A DNA stretch of 64,000 nucleotides from Escherichia coli. Lineage in GTDB: Bacteria; Pseudomonadota; Gammaproteobacteria; Enterobacterales; Enterobacteriaceae. The translations under genes and the position numbers were made by a program. Below, piece after piece: positions 23,395 to 35,280 of this stretch (positions are counted from its first letter, which is position 1; each line of letters opens with the position of its first letter). The stretch lies in NCBI RefSeq assembly GCF_002854065.1, contig NZ_CP024147.1; one strand, written 5' to 3'. Below the pieces are notes generated by a model. It was not told where the DNA came from. It saw only the letters and a program-made list of their open reading frames with translations, and did no database searches.

Positions 23395-24339
23395 TTATGA
23401 AACCAGTCGACTGACATAAATCCACAAGGGAGCCGTGACGACAAAGCCCAGTACGCTCACAGCCAATGACGCTGTACCAGTGCGGGTGTAGACATTAAAC
23501 CGGCTGGCAATAATGATTCCGGAGAATGCCGGCGGTAATGCGCCTGCCAGTACCATCATCTGCAAATGTTCGCTGTTCAAATGACATGCCATACCAACGA
23601 GAAGCAGCGCCAGTGGCATCAGAATCAGCTTCAGGAAGGTGTTATAAGCAATTTCGGCACTGAACTCGAATTTATGTGCAGCCAGAGTCAACCCCGCAGC
23701 GAATACCGCTACCCCTGAGTTAGCCTTCGCAATCAGATTAAAGGTTGGGTCCCATGCTGCCGGAATTTTTACCCCAACCAACACCAGGATCGTTGCCAGA
23801 ACAGGTGCCCATACTACTGGCTCCTTTGCCGCAGAAATTAATGCGCTCAGATTACTATTCTTCTTACCATCCGCTCCTGAGGAAGGATTCAGCAAATACA
23901 GACCAATAGGAATAGTAATTGCGTTAACAATAATAGAAATAATTGCTACCACTAAACCTGTTGATACGGAATCACCATAAATAGGATCGAGAACTGCAAA
24001 TCCCAGGAATCCAATAGTAGGTGAACCTGCAATTAATGCACATACAGCTGCTTCTGCATGAGTGCGTTTAAAAAATTTGTAGCAACCGAACCAGGAGAAA
24101 AAGAAACATCCGACAATAACCACAAGTGATACAAGGGTCAGACGAGTGTCCGCAAAAATCATTTCCCTGTTTGCCCGGGTAATAGATACAAATAGGGCTG
24201 CAGGAAGCGCGTAGTTTAATACCAGTTTATTAAATGCCCGAGCTTGATCTTCTGAAAAAGTTTCTCGTCTGCCGCTAAAATAACCCAACAGCATGATTAC
24301 GATAATAGGCAATAAATCGCCAATAAAAAATGTTAGCAT
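23395..24339 (-). CDS. yfdV: Auxin-efflux-carrier-family membrane transporter
   Basis: 314 aa polytopic membrane protein between oxc and yfdE. Confidence 0.85.
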
Positions 24340-24408
24340 AATAGTATTTCCGATAAGGGTCCCCTCACCATCGCATAATGAGTTGGCAAGAGGAGACGAT
24401 GTCAGTAT

Positions 24409-26103
24409 TTAATTACCAGCGACTTGTTTTGGGTTAAGTTTGGTAATATGGCCACTTTCAGTTCCTGCTGCTGGGTCGATTACCACATTAATAATGGTCG
24501 GTTTGCGCGACTGAATACCGGTGGTTAAAGCATGACGAAGTTCATCTGTCGTGGTGACGTTATAGCCAACGCCACGAAACGCATCCATTAATTTGTCATA
24601 CCTTGCATGGTGCAACAGATCTGTTGGTGATGGTGCACCAGCGCCACTGAGATCAACACCGTCTCCTCTGTAGATGCCGCCATTATTAAAAATAACGATC
24701 GTCACCGGCAGGTTATATCGACAAATTGTTTCAATCTCCATCCCACTGAAACCAAAAGCACTATCACCTTCAATGGCGACAACCGGAGAACCAGAGGTCA
24801 CGCTAGCACCGATGGCATAGCCCATACCGATGCCCATGACACCCCAGGTACCACAATCCAGACGACGACGTGGTTTATACATATCAATAATATTTCGTGC
24901 ATTATCCAGGGTATTTGCCCCTTCATTTACTAAATAAATATCCTGGTTCTCGCGCAATACATCGCGCACAGCACTTAATGCATTAAAGTAATTTAATGGT
25001 TGGGTATCTGTACTCAATTTTTCATGCATTTTTTGTGCATTTTGCTGCTTGTGGATATTTAAAATATCGCGCCATACCAGTGGAGTCGTAAATGTGTTTT
25101 GTTTCAGTTCTGCCAGCATACCTTGCATACTGGATGCAATATCGCCAACGACTGGCACAGCAATGGGGCGGTTGCTGTCAATTTCCTGCGGTTCAATATC
25201 CAGTTGAATAAACTGTGTATCTGCCGCCCATCCTTTTTTACCGTGTGCCAGTAACCAATTCAGTCGTGCACCAACAAGCATGACAACGTCAGCATTTGCC
25301 AGGGCAAACGAACGCGCAGCTGCCGCAGAAAGTGGATGCGTATCTTCGAGGATCCCTTTCGCCATAGACATTGGCAGGAATGGAATCTGGGCACTTTCAA
25401 TAAATTCACGAAGCTGTTCATCAGCTTGTGAATACGCCGCGCCTTTGCCAAGGATAACTAATGGTCGTTCAGCTTTTGCTAAAAGCGAAATTGCGCTAGC
25501 GACTGACTTCGGGCATGGCAATAATGCTGGCGACGGATTTTCAACTTTTACAATCGTGGTTAACGCTTCGTCTTTTTCCATCGTCGCGGCCAGGACATTT
25601 GCTGGCAAATCAAGATAAACTCCGCCAGGGCGACCCGATACTGAGACCCGGATAGCGCGTGCCAATGCAATGCCAAGATCCTGCGGCTGATTAACGCGAA
25701 ATGCTGCTTTGGCATACGGTTTTGCCGCATTCATTTGGTCCAGCTCTTCATAATCACCTTGCTGTAGGTCGACGATCGCGCGGTCGCTGGAGCCGCTAAT
25801 CATGATCATCGGAAAACCATTTACCGTTGCGTTGGCCAATGCGGTCAAACCATTGAGGAATCCTGGCGCAGACACTGTCAGGCAGATCCCCGGTTTTTGG
25901 GTAAGAAAACCGCTTGCCGCAGCGGCATAGCCTGCCGACTGCTCATGACGAAAACCAATATAACGAATGCCTTCCGCCTGGGCATGGCGTGCCATATCCG
26001 TCACAGGAATACCTACAACACCATAAATAGTGTCAATATTATTCTGTTTTAATGCTTCAACGATGATATGCATACCATCTGTCATTTGAAGTTGATCTGA
26101 CAT
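24409..26103 (-). CDS. oxc: Oxalyl-CoA decarboxylase (ThDP-dependent)
   Basis: 564 aa with a ThDP-binding fold (..GDSAFGFSGMEIETICRYNLP..). Confidence 0.9.
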   Translation of the reverse strand: MSDQLQMTDGMHIIVEALKQNNIDTIYGVVGIPVTDMARHAQAEGIRYIGFRHEQSAGYAAAASGFLTQKPGICLTVSAPGFLNGLTALANATVNGFPMIMISGSSDRAIVDLQQGDYEELDQMNAAKPYAKAAFRVNQPQDLGIALARAIRVSVSGRPGGVYLDLPANVLAATMEKDEALTTIVKVENPSPALLPCPKSVASAISLLAKAERPLVILGKGAAYSQADEQLREFIESAQIPFLPMSMAKGILEDTHPLSAAAARSFALANADVVMLVGARLNWLLAHGKKGWAADTQFIQLDIEPQEIDSNRPIAVPVVGDIASSMQGMLAELKQNTFTTPLVWRDILNIHKQQNAQKMHEKLSTDTQPLNYFNALSAVRDVLRENQDIYLVNEGANTLDNARNIIDMYKPRRRLDCGTWGVMGIGMGYAIGASVTSGSPVVAIEGDSAFGFSGMEIETICRYNLPVTIVIFNNGGIYRGDGVDLSGAGAPSPTDLLHHARYDKLMDAFRGVGYNVTTTDELRHALTTGIQSRKPTIINVVIDPAAGTESGHITKLNPKQVAGN

Positions 26104-26156
26104 GATTAATAACCTCGAAATTTTTATAAATTGGGAGCCAGAAGCTCCCGTTAATA

Positions 26157-27407
26157 TCAGATGGCGTGGTTTTGCTTCATTGCAGCAATTTCATCGTCGC
26201 TATAACCCAGCTCCCGCAATACCGCAGCGGTATGTTCACCTAATAGTGGCGCAGCTTTAATATCTGGCGTAAAGGCAGAGAATTTCATTGGACAACCAAC
26301 TGTCAGATATTTTCCACGCAACGGTTGTTCCACTTCGACAACACTGCCACTTTGGCGTAAAGAGGGATCAAGTGAAATTTCTTTCATACTTAAAACCGGT
26401 GCACAAGGAATATCAAACTGAGTCAAATAAGCCACTGCTTCATGTTTATCAATAGTGACAGTGTATTTTTCGATTTCAGCAAAAATATCGAAAATATGTG
26501 GCTGTCGGGCATGGGCTGTACTGTATGCCGGATCGGTAATCCATTCTGGTTTGCCGATGGCTTTACAGGTGTTTTCCCAGTTTTGCTCCTGAATAGTGAA
26601 ATAAATATAGGCGTTAGGATCTGTTTCCCAGCCTTTACATTTCAGGATCCATCCAGGCTGACCGCCACCACCCGCATTACCTCCGCGGGGAACTGCATCA
26701 CCAAATGTACCATTCGGATACTGCGGGTATTCTTCCAGATAACCCAATTTATCGAGACGCTGCTGGTCGCGTAATTTCACGCGGCAAAGGTTCAATACGG
26801 CATCCTGCATTGACATGGTGACTCGTTGCCCACGCCCCGTTTTTTCGCGATGCAGCAAAGCAGCAAGTAAACCGATCAGCAAATGCATTCCGGTGTTGCT
26901 GTCTCCTAACGCTGCAGCGCTTACCAGCGGCGGACCGTCCCAAAAACCCGTAGTGGATGCCGCGCCACCCGCTGCCTGAGCAACGTTTTCATAGGCTTTT
27001 ACATTCACATAAGGCGAACACTCATCAAACCCTTTGATCGAACCAAAAATCAGACGTGGATTGATTTCTTGAATATGCTCCCAGGTGAAACCCATGTGAT
27101 CAATGGCCCCTGGATGAAAGTTCTCGACTAAGATATCAGCTTCGCGGATCAGCTTTTCCATTACCTCTTTGCCTTCCGCTGTTTTGGTATTTAACTCAAT
27201 AGAACGTTTGTTACTGTTAAGCATGGTGAAGTAAAGCGCATCGATATCAGGAATATCTCGCAGCTGGTGACGCGTTACGTCACCAACGCCGGGGCGTTCA
27301 ATTTTAATGACGTCAGCGCCAAACCAGGCCAGCATTTGAGTACAAGATGGGCCAGATTGCACACCGGTGAAATCGAGAACTTTAATTCCTTGAAGTGGAG
27401 TTGACAT
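26157..27407 (-). CDS. frc: Formyl-CoA:oxalate CoA-transferase
   Basis: 416 aa family III CoA-transferase ([40 protein letters not shown]...). Confidence 0.9.
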   Translation of the reverse strand: MSTPLQGIKVLDFTGVQSGPSCTQMLAWFGADVIKIERPGVGDVTRHQLRDIPDIDALYFTMLNSNKRSIELNTKTAEGKEVMEKLIREADILVENFHPGAIDHMGFTWEHIQEINPRLIFGSIKGFDECSPYVNVKAYENVAQAAGGAASTTGFWDGPPLVSAAALGDSNTGMHLLIGLLAALLHREKTGRGQRVTMSMQDAVLNLCRVKLRDQQRLDKLGYLEEYPQYPNGTFGDAVPRGGNAGGGGQPGWILKCKGWETDPNAYIYFTIQEQNWENTCKAIGKPEWITDPAYSTAHARQPHIFDIFAEIEKYTVTIDKHEAVAYLTQFDIPCAPVLSMKEISLDPSLRQSGSVVEVEQPLRGKYLTVGCPMKFSAFTPDIKAAPLLGEHTAAVLRELGYSDDEIAAMKQNHAI

Positions 27408-27919
27408 AGCAATACCTATTAGTTAATTAAATATGTGTTAATTTAGCGTTTATTTAAGGCATAACGCCCTCTATAAATAATCCGCAAAATATCGTCGTAG
27501 CGGCACTCGATATTTTTAAATTCCCGTATCAAGTGCTGAAAATCATTTCATCGCCACTTCCAATTCCTTTCCGCATGGTAAGTAGTGAGGACGAAAAGAA
27601 GAATATGATAAATATTGGCTCGCGGTAATCAGAGAGAGCCGCGACATTTGTGATGTTATTCTTACAACTGTAAGAAGCGCCGGTGATTTACAAGCAAGGG
27701 TATGATTACGCTTTTTAAAGCGTACCATAAAACATAACATAATAAATGATTTGTGATGACACGGGATTATTGCGGTTTACTTTGAGGAATATAAAATGCG
27801 AGTTTATAGAACCGCGAGCGCCAAATAATTTTATGACCACAACCTGTCGTATTGTGGTCATAAAAAATTGTCGGCTGGAGGGAGTTAAATCCTTTACCTC
27901 AATATACTGCCTGTCAGCA

Positions 27920-28552
27920 TTAGTTCACAAACAGTGCTTCGCTATCGACGATGATTCCATCTTCCGCACCTTTAAGCGCCAGGTTTGCCTCGTAGTATTG
28001 CTTTTTATCAAGCAGTTTCTGCGCATCAGCAAGTGCATTACGAGTCTGTTTAAGCGGCATCAGATATTGGTTTTCCATTACACCAACACCGGCCAGGCGA
28101 AGCTCTTCCATTGCGCCCTTTTTATCCCCTTTCGCCATTTTTTCATTGGCAATTTTTATCGCGGCTTCTTTTTCGGGTGTTGCTACATAACTCTCAGAAA
28201 TTCCGACAGATGCATTAATGACAATATATTGGTCATCATTGAGATTGGTCTTTTTACCTGGCTTAGCGAACTTTGCCCATTCGGTACTGTCATCTGACAA
28301 CAAAGCGGAAGCTTCATTGGTCAGTTCTTTTGCCTTTTCCGGATCGCCATGAAACAGAGCCAGGCGCGCTACCTGCACGTCACGCATCGCATATAAACCT
28401 TGTTCAGAGATACGCTCTGCTGCTGCCGTTTTCTGGGTTTGCTGAACTTGCTGAGTTTGCTGTTGTGCCGCTACCGGTGCATTATCAGCAGCCCATACAG
28501 TTGAAGATGCCAGAATAGCTGTGACCATCGTAGCCATAATTAAACGTTTCAT
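27920..28552 (-). CDS. yfdX: Periplasmic YfdX-family protein (EvgA-regulated)
   Basis: 210 aa with signal peptide ([26 protein letters not shown]). Confidence 0.85.
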   Translation of the reverse strand: MKRLIMATMVTAILASSTVWAADNAPVAAQQQTQQVQQTQKTAAAERISEQGLYAMRDVQVARLALFHGDPEKAKELTNEASALLSDDSTEWAKFAKPGKKTNLNDDQYIVINASVGISESYVATPEKEAAIKIANEKMAKGDKKGAMEELRLAGVGVMENQYLMPLKQTRNALADAQKLLDKKQYYEANLALKGAEDGIIVDSEALFVN

Positions 28553-28847
28553 ACTTACCTCATTCTTTAACAGTTTTAGAAAACGCCGCCATCATATTGG
28601 GTGAGCATGAAATGAGAAATCAGAGAGCAACGGTCATTTTGAAAGGGTTATCTTACACTTGTAGTTATTACCGCAAGAAGTATTTTAGTCTTACAGTTGT
28701 AGGAATCTGCTTCCTGTCACAGAGAACTATTCTTATATACCACAAAGAGATGTCATTTATTATATCGATGTAAATACTGATTAATTATATGTAAATACAG
28801 CCATAACGTCGTAGGTTTTCAGTGAACCATTTTCAGGATAACTTTCT

Positions 28848-29123
28848 ATGAAAGTAAACTTAATGCTTTTTAGCTTATTTTTATTGGTCTCTATTATGGC
28901 ATGCAATGTTTTTGCATTTTCTATTTCTGGTGGTGGTAGTGAGGCGAGCTATAAAGAGACGGAAAAAACGTCAGCGATGACGACAACTCACTCTACAAAA
29001 TTTCAGCCATCACAGGCGATTTTGTTAAAAATGAGAGAAGATGCGCCACCATTAAACCTCACAGAAGAAATTCCGCCCCCTTTTCCGACAAAGGCGAATT
29101 ATCTTATTCATCCTGTGCGATAG
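28848..29123 (+). CDS. ypdI: Small secreted/lipoprotein-like protein
   Basis: 91 aa with N-terminal signal sequence and Cys (MKVNLMLFSLFLLVSIMACN...). Confidence 0.7.
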   Translation: MKVNLMLFSLFLLVSIMACNVFAFSISGGGSEASYKETEKTSAMTTTHSTKFQPSQAILLKMREDAPPLNLTEEIPPPFPTKANYLIHPVR

Positions 29124-29199
29124 CGTCTGTCACATGGCAGGTGAACAATCATGTCTGATGCTGATGTGAACACCTGCCCAAATGAGCCATCCTGACCCG

Positions 29200-29442
29200 C
29201 TATCGCCTGCCATACCCCACCATAAAGCGAATCATCAAGCCACAAGCCGGGGCAAGAAACATAAATATCCCCGTCACCAGTTCATTACCGCCAGTTAACC
29301 ACATGGTGAAGTAATAAATGAGTGCAGCGAGGATCACCATGCCGAAGAAAGAAGAGACCGCCGATACCACGTTCAGTACCTGACCGATGTAGCCGCTTAC
29401 GCAGACAATACACAGGGCGAGAAACATCCATAAATAAATCAT
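29200..29442 (-). CDS. yfdY: Small inner-membrane protein (DUF2545)
   Basis: 80 aa, two hydrophobic helices. Confidence 0.7.
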   Translation of the reverse strand: MIYLWMFLALCIVCVSGYIGQVLNVVSAVSSFFGMVILAALIYYFTMWLTGGNELVTGIFMFLAPACGLMIRFMVGYGRR

Positions 29443-29794
29443 AGCTCAACCTCCTGCCGCGCTAAAAAACCTGTAACTTCAGTCACTTTAATAGTAAGAC
29501 AATCCTTAACCTCTGGCAATTTTTGCTAAGCATCAATGAAAACAGCATGTTAAATGCAAGACTGTTGTGTACGGAAAAATATTTACTTTGCACGATTAAT
29601 AATCAGTAGCTGAAAGCAGTCAGCGAGTGATAAAGTACAGATACCGCATTCATGCTCCTCGTGGTTATGTCCTGACTAGTCTTTACACTCTTTACAGGAA
29701 CCATTGTCGTACATGATGGCCTAATCAATTGAGTGTACCGCTGTCGACATGGAATCTTCTGCGATACAACAATTCGTATCTACAGAAGGTAACT

Positions 29795-30715
29795 ATGTTT
29801 CCACAATGCAAATTTTCCCGCGAGTTTATGCATCCTCGCTACTGGCTCACATGGTTTGGGCTTGGTGTACTCTGGCTTTGGGTACAGCTTCCTTATCCTG
29901 TTCTCTGCTTTCTCGGCACGCGTATTGGCGCAATGGCGCGACCATTCCTGAAACGGCGTGAATCTATCGCCCGTAAAAACCTGGAACTTTGCTTCCCGCA
30001 GCATTCTGCGGAAGAACGCGAGAAGATGATTGCCGAAAACTTTCGTTCACTCGGCATGGCGTTGGTAGAAACCGGCATGGCGTGGTTCTGGCCAGACAGT
30101 CGCGTACGTAAATGGTTTGATGTTGAAGGGCTGGATAACCTTAAACGCGCACAAATGCAAAATCGCGGCGTAATGGTTGTCGGCGTCCATTTTATGTCGC
30201 TGGAACTGGGCGGCCGCGTGATGGGACTTTGTCAGCCAATGATGGCTACCTATCGTCCACATAATAATCAGCTGATGGAATGGGTGCAGACCCGTGGTCG
30301 CATGCGCTCTAACAAAGCGATGATCGGCAGAAATAATCTGCGCGGCATTGTCAGTGCACTGAAGAAAGGTGAAGCGGTATGGTTTGCTCCCGATCAGGAT
30401 TATGGTCGTAAAGGCAGCTCCTTCGCGCCGTTCTTTGCGGTAGAAAATGTCGCCACAACCAATGGCACCTATGTTCTCTCCCGTCTCTCTGGCGCAGCCA
30501 TGTTGACCGTAACGATGGTAAGAAAAGAGGATTACAGCGGATATCGTTTGTTCATCACCCCAGAGATGGAAGGCTACCCGGCAGATGAAAATCAAGCCGC
30601 TGCCTATATGAACAAGATTATCGAGAAAGAGATCATGCGCGCACCGGAGCAGTACCTCTGGATCCACCGTCGCTTTAAAACGCGCCCGGTGGGAGAATCG
30701 TCGTTATACATTTAA
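29795..30715 (+). CDS. lpxP: Lipid A palmitoleoyl acyltransferase (cold-induced LpxL paralog)
   Basis: 306 aa from ATG at 29795 (MFPQCKFSREFMHPRYWLTWFGLGVLWLWVQLPYP...). The ORF-track start at 29729 is an extension. Confidence 0.9.
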   Translation: MFPQCKFSREFMHPRYWLTWFGLGVLWLWVQLPYPVLCFLGTRIGAMARPFLKRRESIARKNLELCFPQHSAEEREKMIAENFRSLGMALVETGMAWFWPDSRVRKWFDVEGLDNLKRAQMQNRGVMVVGVHFMSLELGGRVMGLCQPMMATYRPHNNQLMEWVQTRGRMRSNKAMIGRNNLRGIVSALKKGEAVWFAPDQDYGRKGSSFAPFFAVENVATTNGTYVLSRLSGAAMLTVTMVRKEDYSGYRLFITPEMEGYPADENQAAAYMNKIIEKEIMRAPEQYLWIHRRFKTRPVGESSLYI

Positions 30716-31070
30716 CAAACTGCTCTGACTCTTTACCTCCTCACATAAGCCATAATAACCTCATGGTTTTTATGGCTTTTTTCTTAAGGTTTTTTCCTTC
30801 GCTGAATCTCTAATTATTACCGTCAGAAATTAAACTGTCGCCGATATGAGACACCTGTAAGTTACTAAAAGTAAATAAGAAAATGCCTCTTGTCTCGTTT
30901 CAGTTTTAGGCGTACATTAGCGCCGTCTCGAGCAGTTTAGCTCAGAATTCTGGGGTGATGCCCACGGTAAAATACAGGACTTTTAAGGTCGTTTTGCCCG
31001 GTGTCAACTCACTGTATCAGGTGTAATGAAGTCATTCAGGCGTAACAGCAATTACGCGGAGAGATGTAAA

Positions 31071-31142
31071 GTGAAATATTTCTTTATGGGCATTTCTTTT
31101 ATGGTCATCGTTTGGGCCGGTACTTTTGCCCTGATGATCTAA
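31071..31142 (+). CDS. ypdK: Very small membrane protein (23 aa, GTG start)
   Basis: GTG AAA TAT ... ATC TAA encodes (M)KYFFMGISFMVIVWAGTFALMI, recalled as K-12 YpdK. Below the ORF-track length cutoff. Confidence 0.6.
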   Translation: MKYFFMGISFMVIVWAGTFALMI

Positions 31143-31206
31143 AAGCAAACTGTGCAATGAAAAACAGGAGCCATCAGGCTCCTGTTTGCATTTCTGAGAT
31201 CGGTGT

Positions 31207-32445
31207 TTATTCCGCGTTTTCGTGAATATGTTTGCTGCTGGCGGGTAGTAAACCGTCGGCACGGAACATCGCTTTAATCCCACGAATCGCCTGACGAATA
31301 CGGTCGCGGTTTTCAATCAGTGCAAAGCGCACATGCGTATCACCATAGTCGCCAAAGCCAATCCCCGGAGAGACACAGACCTTCGCTTCGTTAAGCAATT
31401 TCTTGGCAAATTCCAGCGAGCCCATGGCAGCATACGGTTCCGGTATTTTCGCCCAGACATACATCGAAGCCTTCGGCATTTCGACCATCCAGCCCGCTTC
31501 ATGCAGCCCTTTAACCAATACATCACGGCGGCGTTTGTACTGTTCGGCAATGTCGCGCACGCACTGTTGATCGCCCTCGAGTGCCGCAATCGCCGCCACC
31601 TGCAACGGCGTAAAGGTGCCGTAATCGTGATAGCTTTTAATACGTGCCAGCGCACTGACCAGCGTTTTGTTGCCAACCATAAAGCCGATACGCCAGCCCG
31701 CCATGTTGTAGCTTTTCGACAGCGTAAAGAACTCGACCGCCACATCGCGTGCACCTGGCACCTGCATGATTGACGGCGCTTTCCAGCCATCGTAGACGAT
31801 GTCCGCATAGGCCAGGTCGTGGACCACCAGCACATCGTAGCGTTTCGCCAGCGCCACAACCTTTTCGAAGAACTCCAGTTCCACGCATTGCGCGGTTGGG
31901 TTCGACGGGAAGCCGAGGATCATCATCTTCGGTTTCGGATAACTTTCACGAATGGCGCGCTCCAGTTCGTTGAAGAAATCGACACCTTCCACCAGCGGCA
32001 CTGAGCGTACCTGCGCCCCGGCAATCACCGCGCCGTAAATATGAATCGGGTAGCTTGGATTAGGCACCAGCACCGTGTCGCCGTGGTCCAGCGTCGCCAG
32101 CATCAGATGCGCCAGCCCCTCTTTCGAGCCAATGGTGACGATGGCTTCTGATTCCGGGTCGATTTCAACGTCGTAGCGATCCTGATACCAACGGGAAATG
32201 GCGCGACGTAGCCGCGGAATGCCGCGTGAAGTGGAGTAACCATGCGTGTCCGGGCGCTGGGCCACAGTACATAATTTTTCGACGATATGCGGCGGAGTCG
32301 CACCGTCCGGGTTACCCATACTGAAATCGATAATATCTTCGCCGCGCCGACGCGCAGCCATTTTCAGTTCAGCGGTAATGTTAAAAACATAGGGCGGGAG
32401 ACGATCAATGCGCGTAAAGCGACGTTCAGGGCGAGTGTCAGCCAT
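31207..32445 (-). CDS. alaC: Glutamate-pyruvate aminotransferase (PLP-dependent class I aminotransferase)
   Basis: 412 aa with aminotransferase class I motifs (..[14 protein letters not shown]..). Confidence 0.9.
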   Translation of the reverse strand: MADTRPERRFTRIDRLPPYVFNITAELKMAARRRGEDIIDFSMGNPDGATPPHIVEKLCTVAQRPDTHGYSTSRGIPRLRRAISRWYQDRYDVEIDPESEAIVTIGSKEGLAHLMLATLDHGDTVLVPNPSYPIHIYGAVIAGAQVRSVPLVEGVDFFNELERAIRESYPKPKMMILGFPSNPTAQCVELEFFEKVVALAKRYDVLVVHDLAYADIVYDGWKAPSIMQVPGARDVAVEFFTLSKSYNMAGWRIGFMVGNKTLVSALARIKSYHDYGTFTPLQVAAIAALEGDQQCVRDIAEQYKRRRDVLVKGLHEAGWMVEMPKASMYVWAKIPEPYAAMGSLEFAKKLLNEAKVCVSPGIGFGDYGDTHVRFALIENRDRIRQAIRGIKAMFRADGLLPASSKHIHENAE

Positions 32446-32821
32446 AATTTCCTCAGATTAACGTTAGCGCCCGGACCGTCCGAGCGACGCTGCCACGATG
32501 GTGGCTGTTTTGAAAATAGCCTGATTAATTTCTGTCTGTCCAGCGTTTTAGAACATTTTTATTAATGACGTTAAATGAGGAACTCTGCTTTAAAAACAGG
32601 AAATTTATCTGCGCTAACAAGAAAATTACCACTCATTTTATTAACATAATAATTTCAATAAATTTACTAACCAGAAGTGCATTATCAAGAGATGCATTGC
32701 TAATACACTACTTATCTATCAATCCCCTTTTAAAATTGTGGTTTTTCCTCAAAAACGGCCTGCTGGTCATCAGCCTTCAGGTTACCTATCATAGAGGTTT
32801 AATCCTTATTCAGAGTCACCC

Positions 32822-34519
32822 GTGCACGAAATATTCAACATGCTGCTGGCGGTCTTCGATCGGGCAGCGTTAATGCTTATCTGCCTGTTCTTTCTCATCC
32901 GTATCCGCCTGTTTCGCGAACTGTTGCACAAGTCGGCACACTCACCGAAAGAGTTGCTCGCCGTTACCGCCATTTTCTCGCTGTTCGCCCTGTTCAGCAC
33001 CTGGTCCGGCGTTCCCGTAGAAGGCTCGCTGGTGAACGTACGTATTATCGCGGTGATGTCAGGCGGGATTCTGTTTGGCCCGTGGGTGGGCATCATTACC
33101 GGCGTGATTGCGGGTATTCATCGTTATTTAATTGATATCGGCGGCGTGACGGCGATCCCCTGCTTTATCACCAGCATTCTGGCGGGTTGTATATCGGGCT
33201 GGATCAACCTGAAAATCCCCAAAGCACAGCGCTGGCGCGTCGGTATTCTCGGCGGCATGTTGTGTGAAACGTTGACCATGATTCTGGTGATTGTCTGGGC
33301 ACCAACTACCGCGTTGGGGATCGATATCGTCTCTAAAATCGGGATTCCAATGATCCTCGGCAGCGTCTGTATCGGCTTTATTGTGCTTCTGGTGCAAAGC
33401 GTTGAGGGCGAAAAAGAGGCCAGCGCCGCGCGGCAGGCCAAGTTGGCGCTGGATATCGCCAACAAAACGCTACCTCTGTTTCGCCATGTCAATAGCGAGT
33501 CATTACGCAAAGTTTGTGAAATTATTCGCGATGACATTCACGCCGATGCGGTGGCGATTACCAATACCGATCATGTGCTGGCCTATGTTGGCGTGGGTGA
33601 ACATAACTATCAGAATGGCGATGACTTCATTAGCCCGACTACCCGTCAGGCGATGAATTACGGAAAAATCATCATTAAAAACAATGATGAAGCCCACCGC
33701 ACACCAGAGATTCATTCCATGCTGGTGATCCCATTGTGGGAGAAAGGCGTTGTGACCGGAACGCTGAAAATTTACTACTGCCACGCGCATCAGATAACCT
33801 CGTCATTACAGGAAATGGCGGTTGGTCTGTCGCAAATCATCTCCACGCAACTGGAGGTTTCACGCGCCGAGCAGCTACGTGAAATGGCAAATAAGGCAGA
33901 GCTTCGCGCCCTGCAAAGCAAAATTAATCCCCATTTCCTGTTTAACGCTTTGAACGCTATTTCATCGTCAATCCGTCTGAATCCTGATACTGCTCGACAG
34001 CTGATCTTTAATCTGTCGCGTTATCTGCGCTATAACATTGAATTAAAAGACGATGAGCAAATCGATATCAAAAAAGAGCTGTATCAAATTAAAGACTATA
34101 TTGCCATTGAGCAGGCCCGCTTTGGCGACAAGCTCACGGTTATCTATGATATTGATGAAGAGGTGAATTGCTGCATTCCCAGCCTGCTGATCCAGCCGTT
34201 GGTGGAGAATGCCATTGTCCACGGTATCCAGCCTTGCAAAGGTAAAGGCGTTGTCACCATCAGCGTTGCAGAGTGCGGCAATCGGGTACGCATTGCGGTG
34301 CGGGATACCGGGCACGGCATCGATCCAAAGGTGATTGAGCGGGTCGAAGCGAATGAAATGCCGGGCAATAAAATTGGCCTGCTGAATGTTCATCATCGCG
34401 TGAAGTTATTGTATGGCGAGGGGCTGCATATCCGCCGCCTGGAACCAGGAACGGAAATTGCGTTTTACATTCCTAACCAACGCACCCCAGTCGCCTCACA
34501 GGCTACGTTATTGCTTTGA
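32822..34519 (+). CDS. ypdA: LytS-family sensor histidine kinase (5TM receptor-LytS, GAF, HisKA_3/HATPase)
   Basis: 565 aa with an N-terminal multi-TM region and C-terminal kinase (..[10 protein letters not shown].. H-box). Confidence 0.9.
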
Positions 34520-34533
34520 GCCGGAGTGATATT

Positions 34534-35268
34534 GTGAAAGTCATCATTGTTGAAGACGAATTCCTGGCACAACAGGAACTGAGCTGGCTAATTAAAGAGC
34601 ACAGCCAGATGGAGATTGTCGGCACCTTTGACGACGGTCTGGACGTGTTGAAGTTTTTGCAGCATAACCGCGTCGACGCCATTTTTCTGGATATCAATAT
34701 TCCGTCGCTGGATGGTGTGTTGCTGGCACAAAACATCAGCCAGTTCGCCCATAAACCGTTTATTGTGTTCATCACCGCGTGGAAAGAACATGCGGTAGAA
34801 GCGTTTGAACTGGAGGCGTTTGACTACATTCTCAAACCGTATCAGGAGTCTCGCATTACCGGGATGCTGCAAAAACTGGAAGCGGCCTGGCAGCAACAGC
34901 AGACCAGCAGTACGCCTGCCGCGACGGTAACGCGTGAGAATGACACCATTAATCTGGTGAAAGATGAGCGAATAATCGTCACCCCCATTAACGATATCTA
35001 TTACGCCGAAGCGCACGAGAAAATGACCTTTGTCTATACGCGGCGTGAATCCTACGTAATGCCGATGAACATTACCGAATTTTGCAGCAAACTGCCGCCG
35101 TCGCATTTTTTCCGCTGCCATCGCTCATTTTGTGTCAATCTGAACAAAATCCGCGAAATCGAACCGTGGTTTAATAACACCTATATTCTGCGGCTGAAAG
35201 ATCTGGATTTTGAAGTGCCAGTCAGCCGCAGCAAAGTAAAAGAATTTCGCCAGTTAATGCATCTTTAA
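34534..35268 (+). CDS. ypdB: LytTR-family response regulator
   Basis: 244 aa from GTG at 34534 (MKVIIVEDEFLAQQ...) with receiver and LytTR DNA-binding domains. Confidence 0.85.
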   Translation: MKVIIVEDEFLAQQELSWLIKEHSQMEIVGTFDDGLDVLKFLQHNRVDAIFLDINIPSLDGVLLAQNISQFAHKPFIVFITAWKEHAVEAFELEAFDYILKPYQESRITGMLQKLEAAWQQQQTSSTPAATVTRENDTINLVKDERIIVTPINDIYYAEAHEKMTFVYTRRESYVMPMNITEFCSKLPPSHFFRCHRSFCVNLNKIREIEPWFNNTYILRLKDLDFEVPVSRSKVKEFRQLMHL

Positions 35269-35280
35269 TCGGGAACTTTC

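Noticed and set aside
27746-28297. 183-aa ORF on the plus strand
   Set aside because: Antisense to yfdX and the AT-rich upstream region, with an implausible Cys/Phe/Ile-rich composition.
31317-32004. Multiple 60 to 180-aa ORFs on both strands
   Set aside because: All lie within alaC, are Arg/Trp/Cys-rich, and show no start-site context. Typical GC-rich antisense frames.
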